A stretch of DNA of 64,000 bases from Methanomassiliicoccaceae archaeon. Its GTDB lineage: Archaea; Thermoplasmatota; Thermoplasmata; Methanomassiliicoccales; Methanomassiliicoccaceae. The position numbers and the translations under genes were made by a program. The DNA lies in contig CAVSJV010000005.1 of assembly GCA_963728405.1 (NCBI GenBank), positions 1 to 64,000 on the forward strand, written 5' to 3'. This document shows, one piece after another, positions 29,827-41,160 of the stretch. Position 1 is the first letter of the stretch. Every line of letters starts with the position of its first letter. Below the pieces are notes generated by a model, which saw only the letters and a list, made by a program, of their open reading frames with translations, had not been told where the DNA came from and did not search any database.

Positions 29827-30900
29827 GGGCCGGCATCTCAGGATGTTGCCCATTCTCCGGGAACCGAGTAGCCGCATAGAGAGCTCCAGGCGGCGAGGGC
29901 CTCCAAAGAACAGGGAGGCGAGCATCTTGGTATGCACGGCGGTCCGCAGGGGCTTGTTGACCTGCTGTTTCCACCGCTCCTCGTAGAGGGAGAGGGGCGT
30001 CCCGTTCTTCAGGTGTTCGGCCACCGTCCTGCCGGCGATGCGCCCGCAGATCATGGCGATCGGTATCCCCCCGCCATTGACGGCCATTACGTGACCGGCG
30101 GCATCCCCCACCACCAGTCCCGATGCGGTGAAGGTCCTCTTGATCGGCCCGTTGGATGGAACGAATTTACCGATGGGGCGACCCCTGACCTCCAGCTTCC
30201 TCTGCGAGATGAAGTCCTGGAAATAATCACCTATCCTTCCGTCGGAGAATTGAGGAGCGACGCCCACGCCGACGTTCGCACCATCCTTCTTGGGCAGCAC
30301 CCAAGCATAGGCGCCCGGGGCCACCCCGCCGAAGTACATCTCCATGATCGGCTCGAAATCGCCGATGGCCTGTGAGGTGACGGCAGGATAAAGGTCCGCG
30401 TTCTTTGGCAGTCCGAGCCCCTTGGCCACCTTAGAGATGGGGCCGTCCGCACCGATCACGACCTGCGCCTGGTAAGTCTCGTCCTGAGTGCGGACCTTAG
30501 TGCCCTCTACGGCTATCACCTGGGCGCTTGTCCTCACCACGGCCCCGGCCTTCTCCGCCTTGCACGCGAGGTGCTGGTCGAACCGGTTCCGGTCGGTGGT
30601 GTATCCTCGGAAGGGGATGTCCCAGTGACGGGGCTTGGGCGAGAAGATGCGGAACAAGTCCATATGGCGGGACACTAGGGAGGAGGGGATATCGAACAAG
30701 GTCTCCAGGTCCTCAGCTTTCGGCAGGATGGCCCTGACCTCGTCCAGCAGGGGCATGAACTCCCCGCAAGCGACCGGTTCTCCGACCTCCTTCTTCCGTT
30801 CGAGAACCAGCACCCTCGCTCCGCCTAGCGCGGCATGCTCCGCGGTGGTGCTCCCGGCGGGCCCGGCCCCCACGATCACAACATCGAAATCGCTGTTCAT
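29815..30900 (-). CDS. Geranylgeranyl reductase family flavoprotein
   Basis: VGAGPAGS, PVACGE, RNRFDQHLA, IGADG, YAWVLPK, VGDAAG...GGGI. Confidence 0.88.
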   Translation of the reverse strand: MNSDFDVVIVGAGPAGSTTAEHAALGGARVLVLERKKEVGEPVACGEFMPLLDEVRAILPKAEDLETLFDIPSSLVSRHMDLFRIFSPKPRHWDIPFRGYTTDRNRFDQHLACKAEKAGAVVRTSAQVIAVEGTKVRTQDETYQAQVVIGADGPISKVAKGLGLPKNADLYPAVTSQAIGDFEPIMEMYFGGVAPGAYAWVLPKKDGANVGVGVAPQFSDGRIGDYFQDFISQRKLEVRGRPIGKFVPSNGPIKRTFTASGLVVGDAAGHVMAVNGGGIPIAMICGRIAGRTVAEHLKNGTPLSLYEERWKQQVNKPLRTAVHTKMLASLFFGGPRRLELSMRLLGSRRMGNILRCRPSFP

Positions 30901-31871
30901 CAGGACTTCCTATCCAGAACGGTGTTCGCCAATGCCGTTAGCGCGTCCCGGTAGATTGACGGTGGCACCTCAGCAAGAGTGCCCAGAGCGACGTCCCGGA
31001 ACTCGGCGGCATGCTTCCTGGAGATCTCCACTGCATCGGTGGTCTGGATGAGATCTAGGGCTTCTTCCACCTCTTCAGGGGTCTTATGGGACTTCCTGAA
31101 GATCTCCCTGAGCCGGTTTCCGCCGGGAAGATGACCTTGCATGGCGATCATCAACGGAAGGTTCGGCTTGCTGTCGAGGATGTCCATCCCCCTCCGCTTG
31201 CCCAGATCGGTCTCCCGACCGGTGATGTCTAGGATATCATCAACGATCTGGAAGGCATGGCCGATGTTGAGGCCATATGCTCCTAGGGCCTCCATCTGGT
31301 CAGCGGTCCCCCCGCCGATGTACGCGCCGACGCGGGCACTCGCCTCGATGGGCCGGGCGGTCTTCCCCTCGATGATCCTGAGATAGGTCTCCAGGGGGGT
31401 GTTGAACTCATGCTCGAAATCGATCTGCAAAATCTCGCTCTCGGCCATATGGGTGCAGGCGTCGGCCACCATGTCCACGACCTCCTCAGCTTCCATGATC
31501 CCCCCGAGGCGGAAGCCCTTGACGAACAGGAAGTCGCCGGCGATCAGCGCCCTCTGGAGGCCGTACTTGCGGTAGGTGGCGACGTGGCCCCGGCGGGTCT
31601 CCGCCCCGTCGTTGATATCATCATGGACCAGGGTTGCGGAATGTATAAGTTCAAAGGCGGCGGCAAGCTTGATCATCTTGTCGGTGTCCTGGCCCCCCAC
31701 GGCACGGAAGGATAGAAGGGAGATGCCCGGCCTCAGCCTCTTTCCTCCGGATCTTACCATGTGCATGGCGATCTCGGTCAGAAGGGGTTGTCGGGACTGG
31801 ACGCTTCTCACGATCTCCTCCTCAACCAGGCGGAGTTCGTCCTTAATGGGGGCGTCCCAGCTTGCTACCAT
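30900..31871 (-). CDS. trans-polyprenyl diphosphate synthase, probably long-chain
   Basis: GGKRLRP, ELIHSATLVHDDIND...RRG, GKTA, FQIVDDILD. Confidence 0.9.
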   Translation of the reverse strand: MVASWDAPIKDELRLVEEEIVRSVQSRQPLLTEIAMHMVRSGGKRLRPGISLLSFRAVGGQDTDKMIKLAAAFELIHSATLVHDDINDGAETRRGHVATYRKYGLQRALIAGDFLFVKGFRLGGIMEAEEVVDMVADACTHMAESEILQIDFEHEFNTPLETYLRIIEGKTARPIEASARVGAYIGGGTADQMEALGAYGLNIGHAFQIVDDILDITGRETDLGKRRGMDILDSKPNLPLMIAMQGHLPGGNRLREIFRKSHKTPEEVEEALDLIQTTDAVEISRKHAAEFRDVALGTLAEVPPSIYRDALTALANTVLDRKS

Positions 31872-32061
31872 GCGCGTGATAATAGTGAGGGATTACTTAA
31901 CGGTTAGGGGTGTTCCAAGGGCTTTAGAAAAAGTGGCCGGAGATCCCATTCCTATCTGGAGTGTCAAGTTCGACGTCCATGGCATCGGTCGGGGACGTCG
32001 GGAACGATAGGTAACTCCTCATCTGGCAACCTTTATCTCGCTCCGGCTCCGAACATGTTGC

Positions 32062-32499
32062 ATGATGGAGCGAAGTGAACAGAAGGTGGCATCTAGGGTC
32101 GGCGACTTCATGCGTTCCGATCCACCGATGGTTCCCTATGCCGGGGCGCTCAAGGATGCCTTGATGGTAATGATCGACCGAGACCGCACCAGTGTGCTGG
32201 TCATGGATGGCGAGGACGTGGTGGGGGTCATCGGCGCCGAGGACATCGCCCGACTGGCGGCCAAGGGCGTCGATCTCTCCGCGGCCTGGGTTAAAGACTT
32301 CGTAGCCGCCTGTATGCTGACCGGGAACCAGCCGTGTGTCCAGATCCAGGAGGGCGACACCGTGCTCAACGCCCTCAGGGTCATGGATAATTGGGCGGCG
32401 TCACAGATTGTGGTAGTGAATGGAAAGAACAAAGTGGTCGGGACGATCTCCGCCCTCGACGCACTAAAAGGTTGGTCGAAAGAGGTTTACGGGCCCTGA
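32062..32499 (+). CDS. CBS domain protein
   Basis: Two CBS repeats (VGDFM...VVGVI; KVVGTIS). Confidence 0.75.
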   Translation: MMERSEQKVASRVGDFMRSDPPMVPYAGALKDALMVMIDRDRTSVLVMDGEDVVGVIGAEDIARLAAKGVDLSAAWVKDFVAACMLTGNQPCVQIQEGDTVLNALRVMDNWAASQIVVVNGKNKVVGTISALDALKGWSKEVYGP

Positions 32500-33970
32500 T
32501 CACGCACCGGTGAACAAGGCTTTAGCGGCCTCGGCACAGATGTTGATGACCGGGTCGGGCCACAGGCCGATGAGGATGGTGGCGACAACGCAGATGGCGA
32601 TGGCCGCCGTCATGGACCAGGGTAGCCTGATCTTCTCCTCGGTCGGTCCCTTCTCCACATACATGTACTTGACCACTCGAGCGTAGTAGTACAGGGAGAG
32701 GGCGCTGTTAAGGATACCTGCTATCGCCAGCCAGATCATCCAGTTCTGCGAGGCCACTGCCGAAGCCTGCACCGCTCCGGAGAACAGCACGAACTTGCTG
32801 TCAAATCCGGCGAGGGGCGGGATCCCGGCGAGGGAGAACAGTAGGATGGTCATTCCAAAGGCGATGAACGGCGCTCTCTTGGCCAGGCCCTTATAGTCCG
32901 AGATGTTCTCGCCGAGGGCGATATAGGCCATGGCCGCCACGACGATGAACGCCCCGCCCTTCATGAAGGCATGGGTGATGATCTGGAAGATGCTGCCTTC
33001 CACGGCGTATTGGGTCGCCACCGCTATGGCGATGATCATGTACCCGGCCTGGGCGATGGATGAGTAGGCCAGCATCCGCTTGATATTGGTCTGCTGCAAG
33101 GCCAGGAGGTTTCCGACGGTCATGGTCAGGATGGCTAGGATGCCTATCAACACTTGCCAGTCGGCCTTGATGGCGATCAATGCCACCAGGAAGATCTTGA
33201 ACAGTAGGACCAACCCCATCTTCTTGGAGCTGGCCGCTAACAGGCTCGAGATCGTGGTGGGTGCACCTTCGTACACATCGGGGGCCCACATCTGGAATGG
33301 TACGATGGCGACCTTGAAGCCGAAGCCGGCCACTAGCAGGCCGATGGCCAGCAGGGTGACGGCGTTCAGGCCCGAGGGCATCGCGGCCAGGGCGGTATTG
33401 ATGCCCTGGAAGTTGGTGGTGCCCGTTACTCCATACAGCAGAGATATGCCGTACAGCGCCAGGGCCGACGACAGACCGCCGATGATGAAGTACTTGGTCG
33501 CGGCCTCGGCGCCCCGCTTGTCCTTCTTGCGGAACGCTACCAGCGCGAAGGTGGAGATCGAGGCCAGTTCCAGACCGACGAACAGGGTGATCAGGTCCAG
33601 GGACGACGCCACGATCATCATACCGGCAGTTCCCAGCATGATGAGGGAGAAGTACTCGGCCTGGTGCCTGTCCTTCTCCACGTACCTTGCCGATGCTAGG
33701 ACGACGTCAGAAGGCCACTGATAGGAACACCAGGGCGAACAGGGCGGCGAACACATCGAGCCGCAGCAGCGGGGTGTCGGGCCCTCCCATGGTCGCCGGA
33801 TAGCCGTTCATGATGTAGTATAGCTCGAGCCCTATGGTGGCCGCTATGCCTGCCAAGGATATGCCGGCTAGAGAACGGCTGGACTTGGCGAGCAGATGGA
33901 CCGCCGGTAGCAACGCGGCGAACACTATCAGGATTATCTCTGGATATAGCGCGGTGTAATCAATTGCCAT
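32500..33970 (-). CDS. fpoN: Fpo-like complex subunit N (frameshift near 33710)
   Basis: EAATKYF, GFKVAIVPFQMWAPDVYEGAP, KRMLAYSSI, LAGIPPLAGF; N-terminus in ORF 33707..33970. Confidence 0.9.
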
Positions 33971-33971
33971 T

Positions 33972-35456
33972 TCAGATCACCCCAGTCAATAGGCGGGGAA
34001 TCGACGGCACGATAAGGTCCATTATCAGTCTCGGATAGATACCGTAGATGGCGATGAAGCCGATCAGGATGGCCAGTGGAACGGTCTCGAACCAGTAGGA
34101 ATCGTGGATGTGGTCGGTATCTATCTTGGTGGTAAGGTTACCGAATATCGTCCTCTGCATTGCCCACAGGTAGTAGGCCGCGGTTATTGCCACGCTGATG
34201 ATGGGCACGATGACCCAGGTGCCTGCCCAGTCGTAGGTAGCGGTGAACACGGAGAACTCCGCTAGGAATCCCACTAGGCCGGGAAGGCCCAGAGAGGCCA
34301 TGAACCCGATCATCATCACGGTGGCCAGTATGGGTAGCTTGGGGGCTAGGCCGCCCAGCAGGGGGATCTCTCTCGTCCCCACCTTATGCTGGAACATGCC
34401 GCAGGTCATGAAGAGGACCGCCGTGATCAGGCCATGGGCGAACATCTGGAACACGGCCGCGGCCAGACCTAGCTGGGTCAGGGTGGCGATGCCCAGGAGC
34501 ACTATGCCCATGTGGCTGATCGACGAGTAGGCGACCATCTTCTTCAGATCGGTCTGGGCCAGACAGGCGAATGCACCATAGATAATGGACACTACACCGA
34601 TAACGGCCAGTAGGACCTGGTATTCCAAGGTGATGTTGGGGAAGGTGGTCAGGCAGACACGGATGATACCGTACGAGCCCATCTTCAGCAGCAGGCCGGC
34701 CAGCAGAACCGACCCGGCGGTCGGGGCCTGCACATGTGCGTCCGGCAGCCAAGTGTGGAACGGTACCATTGGCATCTTCACGATGAACCCGAAGAACAGG
34801 GCGAAGAATATCGCTACTGACAACAGGTGTCCGAAGTCCCCGGCTACCGTTGCGATACTTATCATGTCGAAGCTGGGCTGACCAAGCAGCGGGGCCGCCG
34901 TGAAGTACAGGGCGAATATGCCCAGTAGCATTATCAGCGACGCGACATGAGTGTATATGAAGAACTTTATCGACGCGTAGGCCCGGTTGGGACCTCCCCA
35001 GATCGCTATGAGGAAGTACATCGGGATCAGGACGACCTCCCAGAAGACGTAGAAGAGGAAATAGTCCAGGGACATGAATACGCCCAGGATGCCCACTTCT
35101 AGTATCAGCATGAGGCCCATGTATTGGTTGGTCCTTTCTTCCACATCCCACGAGAACAGGATGGCCAGGAACACCAGCAGCGTGCTGAGGAACACCATCG
35201 GTATGCTGATACCGTCCACTCCGACGTGATAGGTTATCCCGAGCTGGCTGATCCAGTTATATTGCTCCTGGAACTGGAACCCAGCGCTGAGCTGGAAGTT
35301 CGTCAGCAGGAGGACCGACAGCCCCAGGGTCATCGCCGAGAATGCCAGAGCGATATACTTGGCGGCCTTGGGGTTTTTCCCCAGCATGATGGTCGCCAGC
35401 GCTCCGATGAGCGGGAAGACCAGCAGCAGGGTCAATATGGGAATGTCTTCGAACAT
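33972..35456 (-). CDS. fpoM: Fpo-like complex subunit M
   Basis: GVDGIS, FWEVVLIPMY, KMPMVPFHTWLPDAHVQAPT, AYSSISHMG. Confidence 0.93.
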   Translation of the reverse strand: MFEDIPILTLLLVFPLIGALATIMLGKNPKAAKYIALAFSAMTLGLSVLLLTNFQLSAGFQFQEQYNWISQLGITYHVGVDGISIPMVFLSTLLVFLAILFSWDVEERTNQYMGLMLILEVGILGVFMSLDYFLFYVFWEVVLIPMYFLIAIWGGPNRAYASIKFFIYTHVASLIMLLGIFALYFTAAPLLGQPSFDMISIATVAGDFGHLLSVAIFFALFFGFIVKMPMVPFHTWLPDAHVQAPTAGSVLLAGLLLKMGSYGIIRVCLTTFPNITLEYQVLLAVIGVVSIIYGAFACLAQTDLKKMVAYSSISHMGIVLLGIATLTQLGLAAAVFQMFAHGLITAVLFMTCGMFQHKVGTREIPLLGGLAPKLPILATVMMIGFMASLGLPGLVGFLAEFSVFTATYDWAGTWVIVPIISVAITAAYYLWAMQRTIFGNLTTKIDTDHIHDSYWFETVPLAILIGFIAIYGIYPRLIMDLIVPSIPRLLTGVI

Positions 35457-37427
35457 CTAAATCAGGCCTCCAAAGAAGAAGAGAAGAATCACAATCAGTG
35501 ACACTCCCAGCACGATCACCGCGGCGTAGGTCTGAACGAAGCCGGTCTGGCCCCTCCGCATGACGTTGCCTCCCTTTATGGATATGGTGGCAAAGAGGTT
35601 GACGATACCATCGATAACCTTCCGGTCAAACCAGTCGACCAACATGGAGAAGCCGTAGACCACCTTCAGGCCGATGATGTCGTAGCCGGCAGTAAAGCCG
35701 TACCGGGCGAGGAGGAGATCGTTGATCTTCTTCCTCATCGGGGTGGCCACGAACACATCGGAGTTGATGCTCTTCTTCTCGTAGATCAGGTAGGCCAGGA
35801 ATATTCCGAGGGCCGCTAAGATTATCGAGGTGTAGGTAAGCCAGTCAGAGAAGACGGCCACCATATCATCCAAGAATGTCACTGCCTCGATATTCCATAT
35901 CGAGGGTTGGATGAGGTCCGGGAACCCTAGCAGGAGAGCGATGAGCCCCGATGCGAACGCCAGGGCTGCCAAGATCGCCAGCGGTACCCACATGACCTTG
36001 GGCGCCTCGTGCGCGTGGTCGTGGGTGTGGTGGTCGCGCGGTTCGCCCTTGAATGTCATGAACCATAGGCGGAACATGTAAAAGGCGGTCATGAACGCGG
36101 TCACAGCACCCATTGCCCATAGTAGATAGAATATTGGGTTCTGGGCTCCCGTCTCGAACACCACGGCCAATATCTCATCCTTGGACCAGAACCCGCTGAA
36201 GGGCGGGATGCCGGCGATGGATATGCAGCCGATGAGCATGACCAGCGAGGTTATCTTCAGCTTTTTCGACAGCCCGCCCATCAGCCTCATGTCCTCGGTA
36301 TGCACGGCGTGGATGACCGCGCCGGCGCTCAAGAAGAGCAGGGCCTTGAAGAACGCGTGGTTCATCAGATGGAACATGCCAGCGTTGAAGCCGGAGTTGG
36401 GTTCCAGGGTCATGGCGAACAGGTATCCGCCGGTGCCCAGTGCCAAGAACATGTAGCCGAGCTGGCTGATCGTGGAGTAGGCAAGGACCCTCTTGATGTT
36501 GGGGTTGTTGAGGGCCATCGTCGCCGCGAACAGTGCGGTAAAGCCACCGATGACGGCGATGATGAGCATCGTGTCGGGGGTCTGGACCATTACGGGGTAA
36601 GACCTCGCCACGAGGTACACACCGGCCTTGACCATGGTAGCTGCATGGATAAGTGCGGAAACGGTGGTCGGACCTTCCATGGCATCGGGTAGCCAGTCGT
36701 GCAGAGGGAACTGCGCGGACTTGCCGATGGCGCCACCGAAGATGAAGAACGTGCCCAGAGTGAGCAGCTCGTTGCCACCACTGAAGGAGCCGACATTGTT
36801 GAAGATGTAGTCGAAGTCCAAGTTGCCCTGGAATCCGACGAAGAAGATGAACAGCCCCAGCATGAACATGATATCTCCGATTCTGGTCACCAGGAAGGCC
36901 TTCTTGGCCGCGGAGGCCGCCGAGGGCTTGGTGTTCCAGAACCCGATGAGCAGGTAGGAACACAGACCCACCAGCTCCCAGAATATGAACATCTGGAGGT
37001 AGTTCGATGCCAGCACGAGGCCGAGCATCACACCGATGAAGAGGGAGATGATGGCGTAGTAGCGACGCTTCTTGACGCCCTCCTCATGCATGTAGCCGAT
37101 CGAGTAGATGACGACCAGGGTGGCGACGAACGAAACCACGATGAGCATCAGGGCGGTCAGCGTATCGATGTATATGCCCATGTTGAAAGTGAACCCGTCC
37201 ACGACCAGCCAGGTCAGGGACTGCTTGAACACTTCGCCGGGGTAGCCGCCGGACAATATCTCATATGCTACCATCAGAGAAAGGAAACAGGAGGTGGCGG
37301 CCATCGCGATGGCGAAATACCCGCCGTTCTCCGTCTTCTTGAAAAGCTTGTTGCCCAGGAACCCTACCAATACGAACGCGATCAGCGGGAGGATGGGAAT
37401 TATCCAGGCTAGTTCGCTCCAGTACAC
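35457..37427 (-). CDS. fpoL: Fpo-like complex subunit L
   Basis: WELVGLCSYLLIGFW, GKSAQFPLHDWLPDAMEGPT, HAFFKALLFL. Confidence 0.93.
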   Translation of the reverse strand: MYWSELAWIIPILPLIAFVLVGFLGNKLFKKTENGGYFAIAMAATSCFLSLMVAYEILSGGYPGEVFKQSLTWLVVDGFTFNMGIYIDTLTALMLIVVSFVATLVVIYSIGYMHEEGVKKRRYYAIISLFIGVMLGLVLASNYLQMFIFWELVGLCSYLLIGFWNTKPSAASAAKKAFLVTRIGDIMFMLGLFIFFVGFQGNLDFDYIFNNVGSFSGGNELLTLGTFFIFGGAIGKSAQFPLHDWLPDAMEGPTTVSALIHAATMVKAGVYLVARSYPVMVQTPDTMLIIAVIGGFTALFAATMALNNPNIKRVLAYSTISQLGYMFLALGTGGYLFAMTLEPNSGFNAGMFHLMNHAFFKALLFLSAGAVIHAVHTEDMRLMGGLSKKLKITSLVMLIGCISIAGIPPFSGFWSKDEILAVVFETGAQNPIFYLLWAMGAVTAFMTAFYMFRLWFMTFKGEPRDHHTHDHAHEAPKVMWVPLAILAALAFASGLIALLLGFPDLIQPSIWNIEAVTFLDDMVAVFSDWLTYTSIILAALGIFLAYLIYEKKSINSDVFVATPMRKKINDLLLARYGFTAGYDIIGLKVVYGFSMLVDWFDRKVIDGIVNLFATISIKGGNVMRRGQTGFVQTYAAVIVLGVSLIVILLFFFGGLI

Positions 37428-37429
37428 TC

Positions 37430-37733
37430 TTACCACCTCAGCAGGTTGATCTCGTCAAGGCCGATAGTGCCTCTGGTCTTGTACAGGTTCATTATGATGG
37501 CCAGGCCGACCGCGACCTCTGCCGCGGCTATGGCTATGGACACGAGCGCGAAGACCTCCCCGTTCAGGTTCCCGGAGTAAGCGGAGAACGTCAACGAAGT
37601 TGATGTTGGCGGCGTTGAGCATGAGCTCGATGCACATCAGCACGATGATGGCGTTCCTCTTGGTGAGCACGCCGTACGCGCCGATGATGAACAAGATGGC
37701 CGATAGGCCCAGGAATAACTCTATCGGTATCAT
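37430..37733 (-). CDS. fpoK: Fpo-like complex subunit K (frameshift near 37590)
   Basis: [15 protein letters not shown], then [12 protein letters not shown]...INLLRW* in the shifted frame. Confidence 0.88.
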
Positions 37734-37960
37734 TCCTTCTCCTCCTGAGCGATGTAGATGCCTCCAAGCATGGAGACGAACAGGGTTACGCCTACGACCA
37801 GTATCGCCAGGCCGTAATCGTTGAATATGGTATTTCCGAACGCGTAATTGTCGGTGCTGTGCAGGGATCCGGCGGGCCACTGGGATACCAAGATGGAACC
37901 CAGGACCACTATCAGGAACAGCACGGCGGCGACACCCACGAAGACGTTCCTCTTATTCAT
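37730..37960 (-). CDS. fpoJ: Fpo-like complex subunit J, C-terminal half (J2)
   Basis: [11 protein letters not shown]...[12 protein letters not shown]. Confidence 0.8.
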   Translation of the reverse strand: MNKRNVFVGVAAVLFLIVVLGSILVSQWPAGSLHSTDNYAFGNTIFNDYGLAILVVGVTLFVSMLGGIYIAQEEKE

Positions 37961-38225
37961 GGCGCTCACCTCCGAGCAGCCGGCGCTTGGTCAGCATGAT
38001 GCCGAACAGCATCAGCACGGACACCGCACCGACATAGATCATTATCTGGATGATGGCCAGATACTCAGCGCTCAGGAAGATATAGGTGATCGCGACCCCC
38101 AGGAAGGTGAGGGCTAGCCACATGATGCTGCGGACGATCTCCTTGGACCACAGGACCGCCAGTGCCGCGATGATGGTCACGGCGGCGATGAACAGGAATA
38201 CGATAAGGTCCCATTCAATGTTCAT
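37953..38225 (-). CDS. fpoJ: Fpo-like complex subunit J, N-terminal half (J1)
   Basis: AEYLAIIQIMIYVGAVSVLMLFGIML. Confidence 0.85.
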   Translation of the reverse strand: MNIEWDLIVFLFIAAVTIIAALAVLWSKEIVRSIMWLALTFLGVAITYIFLSAEYLAIIQIMIYVGAVSVLMLFGIMLTKRRLLGGERHE

Positions 38226-38978
38226 CTACTGCACCTCCTTCATGCTGAGGGCGTCCTTTGGACATACCTCGACGCAGGTCTCGCAGGATACGCACTTCTC
38301 CTTGTTGATGACTGGCCGCTTTATGGGCCTGCCCTTCTCATTGACGCCGAACTCTTTCATTTCGATCGCCTCTACCGGGCAGTCCTTGGCGCACCGGGAG
38401 CAACTGATACATTTCTTCTCTTCCAGAACTGGAAGGTCCTTGTTCTCGGTGTTGGGGCGAGGAGCTACTCCCGTCTTCAGCTCGGAGGGTAGCACTTCGT
38501 AGATGTGCACCTCGTTGCCCGGGACCCCCGGCCACTGCAACTTGTAAGGGTCGAAGATGATGTCCTCGCGAGTGTATGACGCCAGCTCATATTCCGGCGT
38601 CACGATCATGGCGTTGGTCGGGCAGTACTCGGCGCAATAGCCGCACATCATGCACCTGCCGACGTTGACCCGGGGCCGCTTTACTTTCTCTGGTGCCTTG
38701 CCCTCTACCGTCTTGAGATCATCGACCAAGAGCAGATCGATGCAGCGGTTGGGACAGATGCGCATGCAGATGCCACAGCCTATGCACCTGTCGAAGATCA
38801 GTCCAGGCCTTCCGCGGTACACATCGGGAAGAACCAGTTTCTCCCACGGGTACATGACGGTCTGGGGCTTGTGGATCGTTGATTTGATCATCTGTTTTAG
38901 GGTGAGGTACATCGGTTTCAGGACGAAACCGGTCAGGCCCAGCTCCTTCTGTTTGTTCGATTTCTTGGCTTCAGCCAT
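38226..38978 (-). CDS. fpoI: Fpo-like complex subunit I, extended with an extra 2x[4Fe-4S] domain
   Basis: TVMYPWE, YRG, and four CxxCxxCxxxCP motifs. Confidence 0.9.
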   Translation of the reverse strand: MAEAKKSNKQKELGLTGFVLKPMYLTLKQMIKSTIHKPQTVMYPWEKLVLPDVYRGRPGLIFDRCIGCGICMRICPNRCIDLLLVDDLKTVEGKAPEKVKRPRVNVGRCMMCGYCAEYCPTNAMIVTPEYELASYTREDIIFDPYKLQWPGVPGNEVHIYEVLPSELKTGVAPRPNTENKDLPVLEEKKCISCSRCAKDCPVEAIEMKEFGVNEKGRPIKRPVINKEKCVSCETCVEVCPKDALSMKEVQ

Positions 38979-40068
38979 CTAGAACCACCCCAGCGTCTTG
39001 AAGGCGATAGCGATGAAGATGTTGACCACTGCCAGGGGCAGCAGCCTCTTCCAGCCGATGGCCAGGATCTGGTCGGTCCTGACCCTGGGCAGTGCACCTC
39101 TCATCCAGATGAAGATGAAGAACACGAAGAACATCTTCCCCAGGAACCACAGGCCCGCGGGGATGATCTCAGGGAACGGCCCGTCCCATCCGCCTAGGAA
39201 CAGGAGCGCAGCGAGGGCCGACCCGACGAATGCCCTTGCGTACTCGGACATCATGAGCAGGCCGAACCTCATTCCACCATATTCGGTCCCCCAGCCTTCT
39301 ACCAGCTCGGCCTCCGCTTCCGGAAGGTCGAACGGGACCCTTTCCACTTCTGCGAGCATCGATAACAGGAACACCCCGAAACCGATGAACATCGGGATGA
39401 ACAGCCAGATGTGGGATTGTTGGTAGACGACGATATCGTTGAGGCTCAGGCTGCCGGTCAGGATGACCACTCCGACGACGGAGAGCAGCAACGGGATCTC
39501 ATAGGCGATTATCTGTGCAGCGCCACGCATGCCGCCGATAAGGGTGAACTTATTGTTTGATGCCCATCCTCCCAGCAGAACCGCGAACGGCGCAAGGCTG
39601 AAGAGGGCGAAGGTCAGAATCAGGCTTAGATCAGAGTCGGAGGCATAGAACCCGGGGCTATATGGTATCGTCACGAACATGAACAGGGACGTGCCGATGA
39701 GGATGACTGGGACGGCGTTATAGATCAGCACATCCGCTTTTTCGGGGATGATGATCTCCTTGACCAGGACCTTGAGGGCGTCCGCAAAGTTCTGGAACAG
39801 GCCGATCGGCCCGGTCTGGGTGCCACGGCGGTCCATCAGCCGGCCTAAGGTCTTCCTTTCCTGCCAGATCAATGTGATCGATACCAGCATGCCGACCACG
39901 AAGACGATGAGCACTACCAGTATGATGGTGATGAGGTTCAGTACGCTCGTAACTGCCTAGCCAACTCTCGAAACTATGGAATCCCAACCATCCAAAGATG
40001 GGTCCGATGATGTCTACCATTAGCCAGTGAACGAGACCGCCCAATAATTGCCAAAGATCGAGGTACAT
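38979..40068 (-). CDS. fpoH: Fpo-like complex subunit H (frameshift near 39945)
   Basis: ERK...DRRG, FADALK..KE, RVPFDLPEAEAELV, PRVRTDQ. Confidence 0.9.
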
Positions 40069-40073
40069 CAAAA

Positions 40074-41159
40074 TCACCTATCCGTCTCGCCCATACAGAC
40101 ATCGAGCATTCCCATGATGGAGGGGACATCAGCGACCTTGAAACCCTTGACCATCACCGGGGCCGCCGATAAGGTCACGAAGAATGGGCTTCTGACCTTC
40201 AGTCGGAAGGGCTTGTCGGTCCCGTCCCCAATGATGTACATAAGGCTCTCCCCACGGGGATCCTCCATCCTTGCCATTCCGGTGCCGACCGGCGCGTTGC
40301 GGGGCGGCTTCACTCGGATGGGTCCCGATTTGGGCATCTTCTTGAGGCATTCCCTGACGATCTGGACGGACATTCTCATCTCGTCCATGCGGACGCGGTA
40401 TCTCGCGTATACGTCGCAATCGTCACGGACGCACATGTGCCAGTCGAGCTCATCGTAGATCTCGTAGGGATCGTTGTAGCGGACATCGTACTTCACGCCG
40501 CTGCCCCTCAGGCTCGGGCCGGTGACGCCTAGATTGATGGCATCCTTGGCCGATAGTGGAGCGAGATCGACCATCCTCATGCGGAACACCGCGTTCCGGT
40601 CGATCAGGTCCTCATACTCGACCATCCGCTTTTCAAAGTAATCTAAGGTCCTTACCAGGTCTCTTTCCCAGTTGGGCGGGGCGTCGTTCCTGACGCCGCC
40701 GATCCTCGGATAATTGTAGGTCATCCTAGCGCCGGTGAGGCTCTGGAATAGGTCCAAGAACAGTTCTCTCTCCCTCATCGCGTATAGGAATATGGTCAGG
40801 TTCCCGAGGTCCGGACCAATGGCCGCCAACCACATGAGGTGGGAGCCGATCCTCTGGAGCTCGTCGGACATGACCCTGATGTACTTGGCCCTCTCCGGGA
40901 CCTCTACTCCCATCAGGTCCTCGGCGGCCAGGCAATAGACATGGCTCCAGGTGAATGATGAACCATAGCATAGCCGGTCGGCCATGGGGATGATCTGAGG
41001 ATAGTGTCTGTCCTCGACCATTTTCTCCCATCCGCGGTGAAGGTAGCCGATGACTGGCTCAGCGTCGGTGATGGTCTCACCATCGACCTTTACTCTCAGA
41101 TTCCATAGGCCATGGGTCATTGGATGCTGAGGGCCCATGTTGATCCACATTTCTGCCAT
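40074..41159 (-). CDS. fpoD: Fpo-like complex subunit D
   Basis: NMGPQHPMTHG, GYLHRGWEK, DRLCY, EDPRGE, GETDR; no NiFe CxxC pairs. Confidence 0.93.
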   Translation of the reverse strand: MAEMWINMGPQHPMTHGLWNLRVKVDGETITDAEPVIGYLHRGWEKMVEDRHYPQIIPMADRLCYGSSFTWSHVYCLAAEDLMGVEVPERAKYIRVMSDELQRIGSHLMWLAAIGPDLGNLTIFLYAMRERELFLDLFQSLTGARMTYNYPRIGGVRNDAPPNWERDLVRTLDYFEKRMVEYEDLIDRNAVFRMRMVDLAPLSAKDAINLGVTGPSLRGSGVKYDVRYNDPYEIYDELDWHMCVRDDCDVYARYRVRMDEMRMSVQIVRECLKKMPKSGPIRVKPPRNAPVGTGMARMEDPRGESLMYIIGDGTDKPFRLKVRSPFFVTLSAAPVMVKGFKVADVPSIMGMLDVCMGETDR

Positions 41160-41160
41160 C

